The position numbers were made by a program, and so were the translations under genes. Under the pieces are notes generated by a model. It did no database searches and had not been told where the DNA came from. It saw only the letters and a list, made by a program, of their open reading frames with translations. Of a stretch of 64,000 nucleotides of DNA, positions 10,215 to 20,800 are shown in pieces. This DNA comes from Desulfatiglandales bacterium (GTDB taxonomy: Bacteria > Desulfobacterota > DSM-4660 > Desulfatiglandales > HGW-15), in assembly GCA_963667015.2 (NCBI GenBank), contig CAXXJJ010000004.1, positions 3,424,001 through 3,488,000 of the forward strand. Reading direction: 5' to 3'. The first letter of the stretch is position 1. Each line of letters starts with the position of its first letter.

Positions 10215-13200
10215 TGATGAATATAAAATCGGTTTTATCAATCGCCCTGGCAGAAACACGTGTAACCAGGCGTCTTGTACGTTACTGGCTTTTTCTGTCA
10301 TTTTCTTATCTTATGGTCTTTATAGTTTTCATGTACTACTCGGCAATTCATGGCCTTTATTCATCATATTCGGCCAGTGTAGGCCTGATAAGCCCGAGGA
10401 ATCTTGTAAGCGTTATGGGGCTGTATTATCTGGCTATTTACTGCATAGGAGTCATCTTCCTTGCATTTGATGTAAGGGCCAGGGATAAAAGAGAAAGGAT
10501 GTACGAGGTTCTTGATTCGCGGCCCTATACTAACCTGGAGCTGGTATCAGGTCGTTTTCTGGGAATACTTATCCCAGCTTGGGTTCCCATTGTTATACTT
10601 GGAATCCTTCTCGAGTTGCTGGGTTTTCTTCTCAAGGCCAGTGGCCTGCCAATTGGTGAACCGGTTGAGATAAATTCTCTACTGACCTTTACCTTTTTGA
10701 TGAGCCTGCCGGCCCTTGCATTCATGATTTCCATAACCTTTCTCTTTACGCTACTCCTGCGAAACAGACTGGCAGCCGCGGTTGCTCTTATAATTTTTTT
10801 AGGAGGCTGTTATGTCGGCATGACATTTTTGCCGGCGTACATTGGGCAGTTGCTCGATATTCCCGGTTACCTTAATGTAGAACTCTATTCTTCTGATATT
10901 GCGCCGTCTTTTTTTGATGCAGGCAGATTCCTGCTTCGCGGGGCAGTACTTATTGCTTCTCTGGGCATACTGTTCATCTGTACAGCGGTGCACCCCCGAC
11001 TTGATGACTGTTCACGGGCAAGGTCAGCCGTGAGCGGGATTGCTATCTTTCTGATCGCGGCAGTTATGGCGGGAGGAGTATATTTAAGGGATGTAAAAAC
11101 CTTTGGAAAGAGTGAAACCTGGCTCAAGGCACACGCTGAATACTCAAAATACCCGGTTCCCGACCTTAAAAAAGTTTCAGGACAGGTAAACATAGACCCT
11201 GGCAAAAATCTTGATATTGACATAAAAATAAGTTTCAGTGCGCCTGAATCAGAATCATTGGACAATGCCATTTTCACTGTTAACCCGGGTCAGGAGGTGA
11301 CGGAGCTCCTTGATTCATCGGGAAAGCCCCTTAACTACACAAATGAAAACGGTTTACTGAATATCAGCTTTTCGGTGCCGCTTTCCCCTGGAGAAGAGAC
11401 CACTGTCAGCCTGAAGATACGTGGTATACCAGACAACAATTTTGCATATCTTGACAGCGTTGTTGATCCCAGAAAACTCGAATTAAGAAACGGAAATATC
11501 GCCCTTCTCGGCAATAAGAATGCGATCTATGATTCTAACTTTGTGACCCTGATGCCTGCCCTCAGGTGGCTTCCTGCTCCAGGCCCCTTAAATGGCAAGG
11601 ATGATCACAGTATACGAACTGCAGACTATTTTAATGTGGACCTGAATGTAAAACTCCCAAAGGGCTGGCTTGTTGCTGGTCCGGGAAGGCGCAATATGGT
11701 AAAGGAAGAGTCTGACTGCAATGTCTTTCGTTTTTCACCTCCTTCAGTTGTACCGGAGGTTGCACTTATTGCTTCCGAGTTTGAAAGTCGTTCCTTTGAG
11801 ACAGATAATATTTTGATGGAACTCCTTATCCACAAAAAACATGTGAAAAATATCGAAATTCTTGATGAGGCAGGAGAAAAGGTCAGGGAATATATAGAAA
11901 GCAGGATAAAAGAGGCAAAAGAAAATGAACTTTTTTACCCCTATGATGGTCTAACCCTTGTAGAGATACCTACTGTCCTGAGAACCTATGGCGGAGGATG
12001 GCGTCTTGACAGCGTCCAGTCACTGCCGGGTGTCCTGCTGCTAAAGGAGCTTTCTCTGCCGACCTCGCGCTTTGACTCGGCGTTCAGGAAACCTGAAAAT
12101 TTCAAAAACATGGAGGGAGGTATCGTACAGGCCAAGTGGGAAAGACTCCAGACATATTTTAAGAATGATATTACAGGGGGCAATGTATTTACAGGGGCAT
12201 CAAAAAATTTCTTCCTGTTCCAGACCTCTTCCTCCGGACCTGAAAGCCTGGCCGTTGACTTTGTCATGGATACGCTGGCAGGTCTTGTGGTTACTGATAC
12301 AAAGGGATATTTTTCGGCTCATATTTTAATTGATCCGGCCGGAATAGACCAGGTTACCAATAACACACTGCGAGACTATTTTCAGCGCAGGGGAATAGGT
12401 GAAACTATAATGAATGCAGCAATCAACCTGAGAACATCACGCCCGGTAATATGGGAAAAGGCCCTTGAAACGCCGCTCAGGGATATGGATCCATGGAAAG
12501 ATCCGGAGGATATGGTGGATGTTCTTGCCTTAAAGGGATATGCCGTAGCAGATACTATATATAAGATGCTGGGCAGAGAAAAAACAGCGGCCCTCCTCGC
12601 ATTAATTCGAAAAAATCATACAGGAGGAGTCTTCACTTACGAAGATATGCTCAATGCAGGCATAGAGCTTGGATATGATCTGGATGAACAGCTCGGTGAC
12701 TGGCTGGGAGGTACCGGACTCCCGGGTTTCGTGGTCCCGGAGGCCAAAGGATACAGGATAGAAGATGATGAAAACGGTGCGCCCCGATATCAGCTGCTCT
12801 TCACGGTTAGAAATGATGAACCTGTACCAGGGGAATTTAACTTTTCCTTCTATTATCAGAAGGAAAATCAGACGCCTGAGCTGACTCAAAGTGAACCCAT
12901 TCACCTTGACGGAAGGCATGCCATTCAATACGGAACAATTGTTTCCAGGGTGCCGACCATGTGTTTCCTGAAGCCATATCTTTCATTTAACAGGAGTACC
13001 TTTGAATTAAATATGAATACCATAGATCCTCAAAAGATTGTAAAGGAGGATCCTATTACAGGGGTTCATGAGATCCCGTGGGAGATACCTGTTTCATCTT
13101 CGATAGTAGTCGATGACCTAGATGATGGTTTCAGTACTGTAACAGAAGGTAAGGATAATAAGGGATTACGTTTAAAATCAAAGAAGAAGGATGATCGGGA

Positions 13201-13645
13201 CACTGACCAGGGACTGCCCTATATATCAGCAAACATACTGCCCGGCGGAGCGCGTATGCCCCGTGATTGGTCACGCATGACCAGTAGTGTGCCCTTTGGT
13301 AAATACAGGCATACAGCCGCGATAATCAGACCCGGTGAGGGTGATAAAAAGGCCCTGTTCCAGGCCACCCTGCCGGAAAGCGGGGCATGGGATCTGGAAG
13401 TTTACATTCCCATAAAAAGCATGTTCCCCGGAAAGGAATGGGGGACATGGCATTTGGGCGTAACAGATGATAATGGAGACAGACAGGAAGTTGAATTTGA
13501 TTCAAAAGCAGGAAACGGGAGATGGAGCCTTGCCGGCAGGCTTGATCTTCCAGAGGGAAAAGTAACCGTTGATTTATCCAATCTGACAGATGGTGATCTT
13601 GTGGTAGCCGATGCAATACGCCTGACGCCTGCTGCAGCAAATTGA
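10214..13645 (+). CDS. ABC-2-type permease fused to large extracytoplasmic region (M1-aminopeptidase-like fold without HEXXH, C-terminal golvesin/xanthan-lyase-like beta-sandwich)
   Basis: About 7 TM segments in first ~290 aa with RD.R..M.EVL.SRP..N motif; YPYDGLTLVEIP..GG M1-like segment; C-terminal IVVDD..GF / W.L.G.. / VVADAIRL motifs. Confidence 0.75.
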   Translation: MMNIKSVLSIALAETRVTRRLVRYWLFLSFSYLMVFIVFMYYSAIHGLYSSYSASVGLISPRNLVSVMGLYYLAIYCIGVIFLAFDVRARDKRERMYEVLDSRPYTNLELVSGRFLGILIPAWVPIVILGILLELLGFLLKASGLPIGEPVEINSLLTFTFLMSLPALAFMISITFLFTLLLRNRLAAAVALIIFLGGCYVGMTFLPAYIGQLLDIPGYLNVELYSSDIAPSFFDAGRFLLRGAVLIASLGILFICTAVHPRLDDCSRARSAVSGIAIFLIAAVMAGGVYLRDVKTFGKSETWLKAHAEYSKYPVPDLKKVSGQVNIDPGKNLDIDIKISFSAPESESLDNAIFTVNPGQEVTELLDSSGKPLNYTNENGLLNISFSVPLSPGEETTVSLKIRGIPDNNFAYLDSVVDPRKLELRNGNIALLGNKNAIYDSNFVTLMPALRWLPAPGPLNGKDDHSIRTADYFNVDLNVKLPKGWLVAGPGRRNMVKEESDCNVFRFSPPSVVPEVALIASEFESRSFETDNILMELLIHKKHVKNIEILDEAGEKVREYIESRIKEAKENELFYPYDGLTLVEIPTVLRTYGGGWRLDSVQSLPGVLLLKELSLPTSRFDSAFRKPENFKNMEGGIVQAKWERLQTYFKNDITGGNVFTGASKNFFLFQTSSSGPESLAVDFVMDTLAGLVVTDTKGYFSAHILIDPAGIDQVTNNTLRDYFQRRGIGETIMNAAINLRTSRPVIWEKALETPLRDMDPWKDPEDMVDVLALKGYAVADTIYKMLGREKTAALLALIRKNHTGGVFTYEDMLNAGIELGYDLDEQLGDWLGGTGLPGFVVPEAKGYRIEDDENGAPRYQLLFTVRNDEPVPGEFNFSFYYQKENQTPELTQSEPIHLDGRHAIQYGTIVSRVPTMCFLKPYLSFNRSTFELNMNTIDPQKIVKEDPITGVHEIPWEIPVSSSIVVDDLDDGFSTVTEGKDNKGLRLKSKKKDDRDTDQGLPYISANILPGGARMPRDWSRMTSSVPFGKYRHTAAIIRPGEGDKKALFQATLPESGAWDLEVYIPIKSMFPGKEWGTWHLGVTDDNGDRQEVEFDSKAGNGRWSLAGRLDLPEGKVTVDLSNLTDGDLVVADAIRLTPAAAN

Positions 13646-13659
13646 AAGAGAGAGAATAA

Positions 13660-14760
13660 ATGACAGAGAATCGTGCCTTTATCAGAACAGTTATAATTGT
13701 TATTATCTTGTTTTTCGTTTTCCTTTCAGGATGCTCCCAGGAAAATCCTGCAGAAAAGGTTGAATTTCTGGTGCCGGTTACCGTGACAACGGTGGGTAAA
13801 ACCGATGTAGAAGACAAAATCACTGCCACCGGTACACTTCGCACCAGCACAGTTGCGGTGCTCGAGGTTGATACAGGAGGTGTCCTGGAATTCCTGACAG
13901 ACAAAGATGGAAAACGTTATCGTGAGGGAGACAGGGTAAGGGCAGGAGATGTAATAGCCCGAATCACGGGTGATGACGTGCGTCTTGCAGCAGGAAAAGA
14001 GGCCTCTTATCAAAGGTTCAAGACCGCAAAAGAGGATTATGAATCCACTAAAAAGCTATATGATGAAGGATTTAAAACTAAATCCGAGCTGCTGAACGCC
14101 CAGTCCTCCCTTGAAGATGCCCGGACAAACTATGAAAAAAGCCTAAAAACGGAAAACCGCAGCCAGCTGGTAACCCCTATTGACGGGGTCATCCTGAGGC
14201 TTGCCAGGGACAGGGACAACCAGAATCAACCCCTGGCAGTCGGCCAGTATGTAAATCCGGGGACCGAAGTAGCGAGGATAGCTCCGACCGATGTACTGGT
14301 AGCGGATGTCAACCTTGTTGCCCAGGATATCCCAAAGGTCAGAGAAGGACTTTCTGCAAGGATTCAGCACTATGCCTGGAAAGACGAGATATTTTCCGGA
14401 AAGGTGGCCCGGCTGGACCCTGTAATTGATACGGTTACAAGGGCATTAAAGGTTGAGGTAGAGGTCGATAATCATGAGGGGAAACTCAGACCGGGAATGT
14501 TTGTAGAGGTTACCATAGTCAATGAACAAAGGAAGGATGTACCATGCATCCCCAGGGAGGCGGTAACAAACAGGGGCGGCAAATGGGTTGTATTTCTCCT
14601 GAAGGGCCAGAGGGTTGCAATGAAGGAAGTGGTCCTCGGCCTTGGAGATGATAATATCGTTGAAATTCGGGAAGGCCTTTCGGAAGGTGAGAGAGTTGTC
14701 ACAAGAGGACTGGAAACCCTTGCTGATCAGACACGAGTCCGTGTAACAGGAAATAATTGA
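13660..14760 (+). CDS. RND efflux membrane fusion protein (periplasmic adaptor, lipoprotein)
   Basis: LSGC lipobox, TPIDGVI lipoyl motif, LRPGMFVEV, GLSEGERVVTRG. Confidence 0.95.
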   Translation: MTENRAFIRTVIIVIILFFVFLSGCSQENPAEKVEFLVPVTVTTVGKTDVEDKITATGTLRTSTVAVLEVDTGGVLEFLTDKDGKRYREGDRVRAGDVIARITGDDVRLAAGKEASYQRFKTAKEDYESTKKLYDEGFKTKSELLNAQSSLEDARTNYEKSLKTENRSQLVTPIDGVILRLARDRDNQNQPLAVGQYVNPGTEVARIAPTDVLVADVNLVAQDIPKVREGLSARIQHYAWKDEIFSGKVARLDPVIDTVTRALKVEVEVDNHEGKLRPGMFVEVTIVNEQRKDVPCIPREAVTNRGGKWVVFLLKGQRVAMKEVVLGLGDDNIVEIREGLSEGERVVTRGLETLADQTRVRVTGNN

Positions 14761-14764
14761 TATT

Positions 14765-17700
14765 ATGTATATTCTGGCACGCTACGCAACTAGACGACCT
14801 GTAGCTGTAACTGTGATGGCTGCAGCCATTATAATGCTGGGATGGATTGCCTGGAAGGATCTGCCGCTCGATCTTTTACCGGATATCCAGAGCCCGACAA
14901 TCCTTGTTTCAATAAAGTCAGGCGACAGGCCGCCTACCGAGATGGAACGGCTTTATGGAAAGCAGGTTGACTGGCTACTTTTTGCAGTAAACGGAATCAG
15001 ATCTATCGACCAGGTAGCCAGGTCCGGGAACCTTATCGCCCGTGTCACATTTGACTGGGATTCCGATATGGACATTGCCCTTGTTGATGTTCAGAAGGCA
15101 GTCAGTCCTATTGCCGCAGACACGGATGTAGATGAGGTAATTGTGCGCAGGCAGGACCCCCGCCAGCTCCCTGTCCTTACAATAGGGGCTGTAGCCACTG
15201 AAGGGACGCCCAGCCTTACCGAACTGTACAGAATGGCTGACAGGATGATAGCCCCCGCCTTTGAACAGCTCGAAGGAGTTGCAGAGGTTCGAATTACCGG
15301 CGGGCGGAAAGAAGAGGTTAGGGTCATCGTTGACCGGTACCTGATGGAAGCTCATTCCGTAACCATGGCTACCCTTGAACAGCGACTCACGGCGGCAAAT
15401 CTTGACTTCAGTGCCGGCACCCTGGAAGAGGGTGATAACGTGTATCTGGTAAGGGGAATATCAAGGTACAACACTATCGATGATATCTCCAGGGTTGTGG
15501 TTAAATATGACCGGGATTCAGACAACAGGATTGCCCCTGTAAAAATAAGTGATGTTGGCAGGGTGATCCTCACGGAAAAGGATGTCAATAATCTTGTACT
15601 TGTGGACGGAAAAGAGGGTGTAAGCCTTTCCATATACAAGGAGGCCGGGGCAAACACTGTCAAGGTCTCCCGGAATGTGAGAGAAGCCCTTGCAAGCATG
15701 GAAAAAGAACTCTCTGATGTTGAGTTCAAGATCGTGAGTGATGAAGCCGCACTGGTGGAGGATGCCATTTCCGATGTTGAGAGCGCGGCGGTTATTGGAA
15801 TAATACTGGCGGTTATTGTCCTTACATTTTTTCTCAGGTCCATGGGTACAACAATAGTTGTTGCATCTGCTGTACCCGTATCTCTAATGGCAACACTTTT
15901 TGCCATGCATTTTGCCGGGCAGAGCCTCAATCTGATGACCCTCGGCGGAATGGCCCTGGGTGCGGGTATGCTTGTAGACAATGCCATTGTTGTAATTGAA
16001 AGCATTTTCCGCAGGCGGGCGGAAGGTGATCCCCCCGAAGAAGCCGCTCCCAGGGGGACCGCCATGGTTGCCGGTGCCATCGCATCCAGTACCCTCACGA
16101 CCTGTGTGGTTTTTTTACCGGTACTGTTTATACAGGGATTTGCCGCGAGAATAGTGTCAGGCATATCCTTTACCGTAGTAGTGTCACTTATAGCTTCTCT
16201 TGGTGTGGCGATTTTTTTAATCCCGGCACTTTCAGGATGGTTCCTTCCGAAACAGAAAACAAAGGCGATAGATCCCGGAAAGGCTAAAATAGAGAAATTT
16301 GTTCTTGGACTTTTAAAGCATCGATTTCTGGTTGTCCTTTCAGGTATTATCCTTGTCGGTATTTCAATATACGGCCTTATGGGCCTGGGAAGCGAGCTTA
16401 TGGCACCGGCTGACCCGAGACAATTTTCTCTGCGTATCACAGGCCCTCCCGGACAGAGGGTCGAGATGACAAAAAATATGACCTCGGTTGTTGAGGATAT
16501 TCTCCGGGAGGCGGCAGGAGATGATCTTCGCGCCATTCTCTCGGAAGTAGGAAAACTCCCCGAGGATGAGCATTTTATCCGCGAAGAAAGAACAGCCGAA
16601 AACAACTCCAGAATCATGGTTAATCTTTCTTCAGAGGGAAAGAAAGCAGGACAGGTGGTCGCATCCGCTTCACCGGCCATATCCGAACTTTCAAATGTAG
16701 AGGTTTCCTGGGAACTGGGCACATCTGCCATTGCAAGGGCAATCGGAAATACCGGGCCACCCATCCAGGTGGAAATATCAGGCCAGTCCATTGATGAACT
16801 TAGAAAAAGCGCAGCAGACATGCTCGAAAGATTAAAAACAGTTCCTGAACTTTGGAATGTCGAGTCTTCCTTTGAAGGCGGTTCCCCGGAGCTTCATGTT
16901 ATATTAAACCGGACCCTTTGTGACGGACTTGGTGTTGATATAGATACCATGTCCAGAATACTCGAAGCCGCAATTGACGGCAAGGTGGTAACCAGGATGA
17001 CAACCGGGGATGAAGAGAAGGATGTAGTCCTCAAAATCGAACGGGGTGATTATATTGACCTCAGATCCGTTCCATTTACCACTCCTGGAGGAGAGCGGCT
17101 TACGGTAGGGGATATTGCGGAATTTAAAGAGGTTGACGGAGCCCTTGAAGTCTTCCGAAAAAACCAGAAAAGGGTTGCAAGGGTTACTGCAAGGATAGCC
17201 CCGGGCGTTGATTACCCGGCTGCCCGGTCTGCTGCGGAAGCCGCTGTTAAGGATGTGGATCTGGGGCCTGGTTTGAGCGTGAAACTTACAGGAGAAGAGG
17301 AAGAAAGGGCGCAGACCTTCAGCGAGCTTGAATGGGCAGGTATCGTAGCGGTGATCCTTGTATTTATGGTCCTGGCCGGCACCTTCGAGTCTCTGCTTCA
17401 TCCCTTTACAGTTCTTTCATCCATCCCCTTTGCACTTGCCGGTGTGGCTGCGGTTTTAATACCGGGCGGCAGGCCGATCGGCATCATGGAGTTCCTGGGA
17501 ATCATCGTACTGTCAGGAATAGCTGTTAACGATGCCATCCTGATGGTTCAGACCGCACGCCATCTGATTAATAAGGGGATTGAAAGAAAAACTGCCCTCG
17601 CAAGGGCTGCGGCCATAAGGCTCAGGCCAATCATAATGACAACAGCTACCACGGCGCTTGCCCTTCTTCCCCTTGCAATGGGGATAGGTGAAGCAGCTCA

Positions 17701-17827
17701 GCTCAGGGCACCGCTTGCACGTACAATCATTGGAGGTATTATTGCTTCAACTCTGGCTTCCCTGTTTTTAATCCCATGTCTTTATCTGATTCTTGACTAT
17801 TTTCGTTTTAACCGGACAAAACCATGA
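14765..17827 (+). CDS. RND efflux permease (AcrB/HAE1-like)
   Basis: RRPVAV N-terminus, TM4 GMLVDNAIVVIE, TM11 RLRPIIMT, 1020 aa. Confidence 0.95.
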   Translation: MYILARYATRRPVAVTVMAAAIIMLGWIAWKDLPLDLLPDIQSPTILVSIKSGDRPPTEMERLYGKQVDWLLFAVNGIRSIDQVARSGNLIARVTFDWDSDMDIALVDVQKAVSPIAADTDVDEVIVRRQDPRQLPVLTIGAVATEGTPSLTELYRMADRMIAPAFEQLEGVAEVRITGGRKEEVRVIVDRYLMEAHSVTMATLEQRLTAANLDFSAGTLEEGDNVYLVRGISRYNTIDDISRVVVKYDRDSDNRIAPVKISDVGRVILTEKDVNNLVLVDGKEGVSLSIYKEAGANTVKVSRNVREALASMEKELSDVEFKIVSDEAALVEDAISDVESAAVIGIILAVIVLTFFLRSMGTTIVVASAVPVSLMATLFAMHFAGQSLNLMTLGGMALGAGMLVDNAIVVIESIFRRRAEGDPPEEAAPRGTAMVAGAIASSTLTTCVVFLPVLFIQGFAARIVSGISFTVVVSLIASLGVAIFLIPALSGWFLPKQKTKAIDPGKAKIEKFVLGLLKHRFLVVLSGIILVGISIYGLMGLGSELMAPADPRQFSLRITGPPGQRVEMTKNMTSVVEDILREAAGDDLRAILSEVGKLPEDEHFIREERTAENNSRIMVNLSSEGKKAGQVVASASPAISELSNVEVSWELGTSAIARAIGNTGPPIQVEISGQSIDELRKSAADMLERLKTVPELWNVESSFEGGSPELHVILNRTLCDGLGVDIDTMSRILEAAIDGKVVTRMTTGDEEKDVVLKIERGDYIDLRSVPFTTPGGERLTVGDIAEFKEVDGALEVFRKNQKRVARVTARIAPGVDYPAARSAAEAAVKDVDLGPGLSVKLTGEEEERAQTFSELEWAGIVAVILVFMVLAGTFESLLHPFTVLSSIPFALAGVAAVLIPGGRPIGIMEFLGIIVLSGIAVNDAILMVQTARHLINKGIERKTALARAAAIRLRPIIMTTATTALALLPLAMGIGEAAQLRAPLARTIIGGIIASTLASLFLIPCLYLILDYFRFNRTKP

Positions 17828-20800
17828 GCTGGTATGAGATTCCTGTCAAGAGGCCTGTGGCCACAAGCATGTTCTTCTGTGCCATCCTGCTCCTGGGAAT
17901 AGTAGGGTGGCAGCGGATACCCGTTGAACTTATTCCGGACCTGGAGGGTGATAATATTCATATATCATTCACCAGGCTTAACAGTGACCCGGAGGTCGTT
18001 GAACGTGAGATCCTGATCCCTCTCGAGGGAAAGGCATCGGAACTCCCCGGATTAAAGGAGACACGCGGGCAGGTAAACGGATCAGGAGGATCCCTTGATT
18101 TAACCTTTGAACCGGGCACTGATATCAAGATAAGGCAGCTTGAACTTCAGCGTATTGCTGCAGAACTTACAAAGACACAGCCCAGAGGATCGTCGATAAA
18201 TGTGGGAGGCATGGATTTTTCAATAATAAGCCGGATTGTTATGAGTATCCAGGTTCTGGGCAGTGAAGACACCAACACCCTGAGGGACTTTGTTGAGGAA
18301 AACATACAGTCTCGAATTGCATCCGTTCAGGGTGTGGGCAATGTGCTTGTATTCGGAGGCGCCCCGGAGGAGATCACCGTCAGGATCGATTCCGATAAAT
18401 GCTCGGCCCTGGGGATATCCCCCCAGAGCGTATCGGAAACCCTATCGCGATCGGTTCAGAGACTCCGGTACCTTGGAGGCCTGGAAGACGGTTTAAAACG
18501 AAAACCCGTTATGCTGGACGGCCGTCCTAAGGGGACATTCGAGCTGGATGAATTGAGGATATCTCCTGATAAACCGGTTCTTATCCGGCATGTAGCAGAT
18601 GTATCAAAGGGGGTAGGCAGGCAGGATACCATATATCGTCTCAACAGCAAGCCTTCCGTGGCACTTCTTGTATTCAAGGATGAAGAGGCCAACCTGGTTG
18701 AACTCGGCAGGGATTTGAGGTCACGGATCAAAGAATTGAGGGAAGAGTTCAGGCCCTATGGTGTTGATTTTATGGTCGGCCAGGACGCTGCCGACATGAT
18801 TGAAGTACAGATTAACCGGCTTAAGAAACTTGCTGTAAGCGGTTTTATTATCTCTCTTGTAATTCTTTATCTCTTTATACGCAGACCCAGGGCTGTAACC
18901 GTAGTCGCTGTATCGGTCCCTGTCAGCCTTCTGGGGTCAATGGCATTTCTCTATATCAGCGGATATACAATCAATATAGTTACACTGATCGGCCTGGCTA
19001 TGGGGGTCGGCATGCTTGTGGACAATAGCATTGTTGTCTATGAGGCGGTCCAGCGAAGACTTGAAAGAGGTGTTGAACCTGACAGGGCAGCGACAGAGGG
19101 TATAAAGGTAACCTTCAAGGCTATCCTTGCAGCCACGGCAACAACCGCAATTGTTTTTCTGCCTGTATTCTTTTTAATTGATGACGGAATGATGAGGGGG
19201 GTAATGAAGCTTCTTGCAGCCGCTATCCTGATCCCCCTCGGGTCATCACTGCTTGTAGCCGTAGGCCTTGTTCCCCTCCTGAGCAGAAAATTCGCCGCAC
19301 CTGCTGCCCTGGCACATCTTGATGCGGTTAAAAAACGCAAGGAGCTTTATGCAGGACTTCCTGCACCTGACAAATGGCGGGACCTTTTTTCCGGGGTTTT
19401 AAAGAATTCACTCCGAAGGCCAGCAACATGGCTCACTGTCATAACAGCCGTTGTACTGGTTACCGTCATTATCGGCCTTCCCTGGGTAATGATAGGTAAC
19501 AGGAACCAGGAGGCAAGGGAGGCTGATCAGGTTATCCTTTCCATTGAAGTTCCCTCCGGTGACTCCCTTGAATCCATCAGCCGATCTATGTATTCCCTTG
19601 AACAGACTGCCATGAAGATCGAAGGAGTAGACTCCGTTGAAAGTATGGTCCAGGAAAAAAACAGCTCCCTTACAATAAGATTTGTTGACAGAGAAATACG
19701 GCCAAGAGAACTTTCAGCTCCGCTGGTAAGAAGAAAAATAACCGAGGCATCCAGGACACTTAAGGGCTTCAGCATCAAGGCGGAAAACTCCTCGGGTCAG
19801 AATGGCGGCGGCAGGCAGGGCGGCGGCATGGGAAGTCTTATGGGATCAGCATCGGAGATTGTCCTGTCGGGCCCCGATACAAAAAAGTTAATGGATATCG
19901 CCGGATCGGTAAAGGAAAGGCTGGAAACCATTCCTGAAATTGGAAACCAGAGAGTATGGGTTTCCTCCAGGCCGGGCCAGGATGAGATCCATGTAATTCC
20001 CGATCATCAGATGCTGAGAAGCCTTGGGTTGATGTCGGATGAGGTTTTTATCATGCTGCGGCTGCTTATGAGCAGGGAAGGGACTCAAATGAACGCCGGG
20101 ACCATAGAGACCGACGGTCGGGAGATTCCCATAACCATAAGGAGTAATGAACCCGAGTCCGGGAATATAAGCCAGAAGATGGAAAGCCTCCGGATCAATA
20201 CATCTGCTGGGGTTATACCCCTTGGGCTTATATCCGATACACGCAAGATGCCGCCTCCCAACGTAATAGAGCATCACAACGGAAGGCGTGAGTTAACCGT
20301 CTCATACATGTTAAGTGCGGATGCCCCTGAAACGGGTCCGGCCAGGGAGGCACTGGAGGATGAGATTCTTAACATGATCAAGTCAGTGCATCTGCCGGAC
20401 GGTTACACAATTAATCCGCCCGATAATAATGAGACAACGAGCATGGTAAAACGAATTCTTATCCCTATAGTGCTTCTGCTCTTCGCGGTACTGGCAGTTA
20501 CCTTTGAATCACTTACCATGCCGGTTCTTGTACTGCTTGCAGCCCCCCTGACCATAATAGGCGCCGTATGGGCACTGTTTTTTGCAGGAATGCCGCTCTT
20601 GAATCCAATGGCCATAGCGGGCGTTGTGGTCCTTATGGGCCTTATGGTAAACCCGGCGATCCTGCTCGTTGACAGGATGCAGCAAAGGGTTCATGGAAAT
20701 GCATGGTCAGCAGGTGCGGCGGCTATTGCAGCTGTCAAGGAAAGATCCAGACCTGTCCTGATGACGACATGTACAACTATTGCAGGATTATGGCCCCTTG

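Noticed and set aside
15352..16821. 489-aa antisense ORF
   Set aside because: Lies wholly opposite the RND gene, is Ser/Thr/Ala-rich with no motifs; a typical shadow ORF
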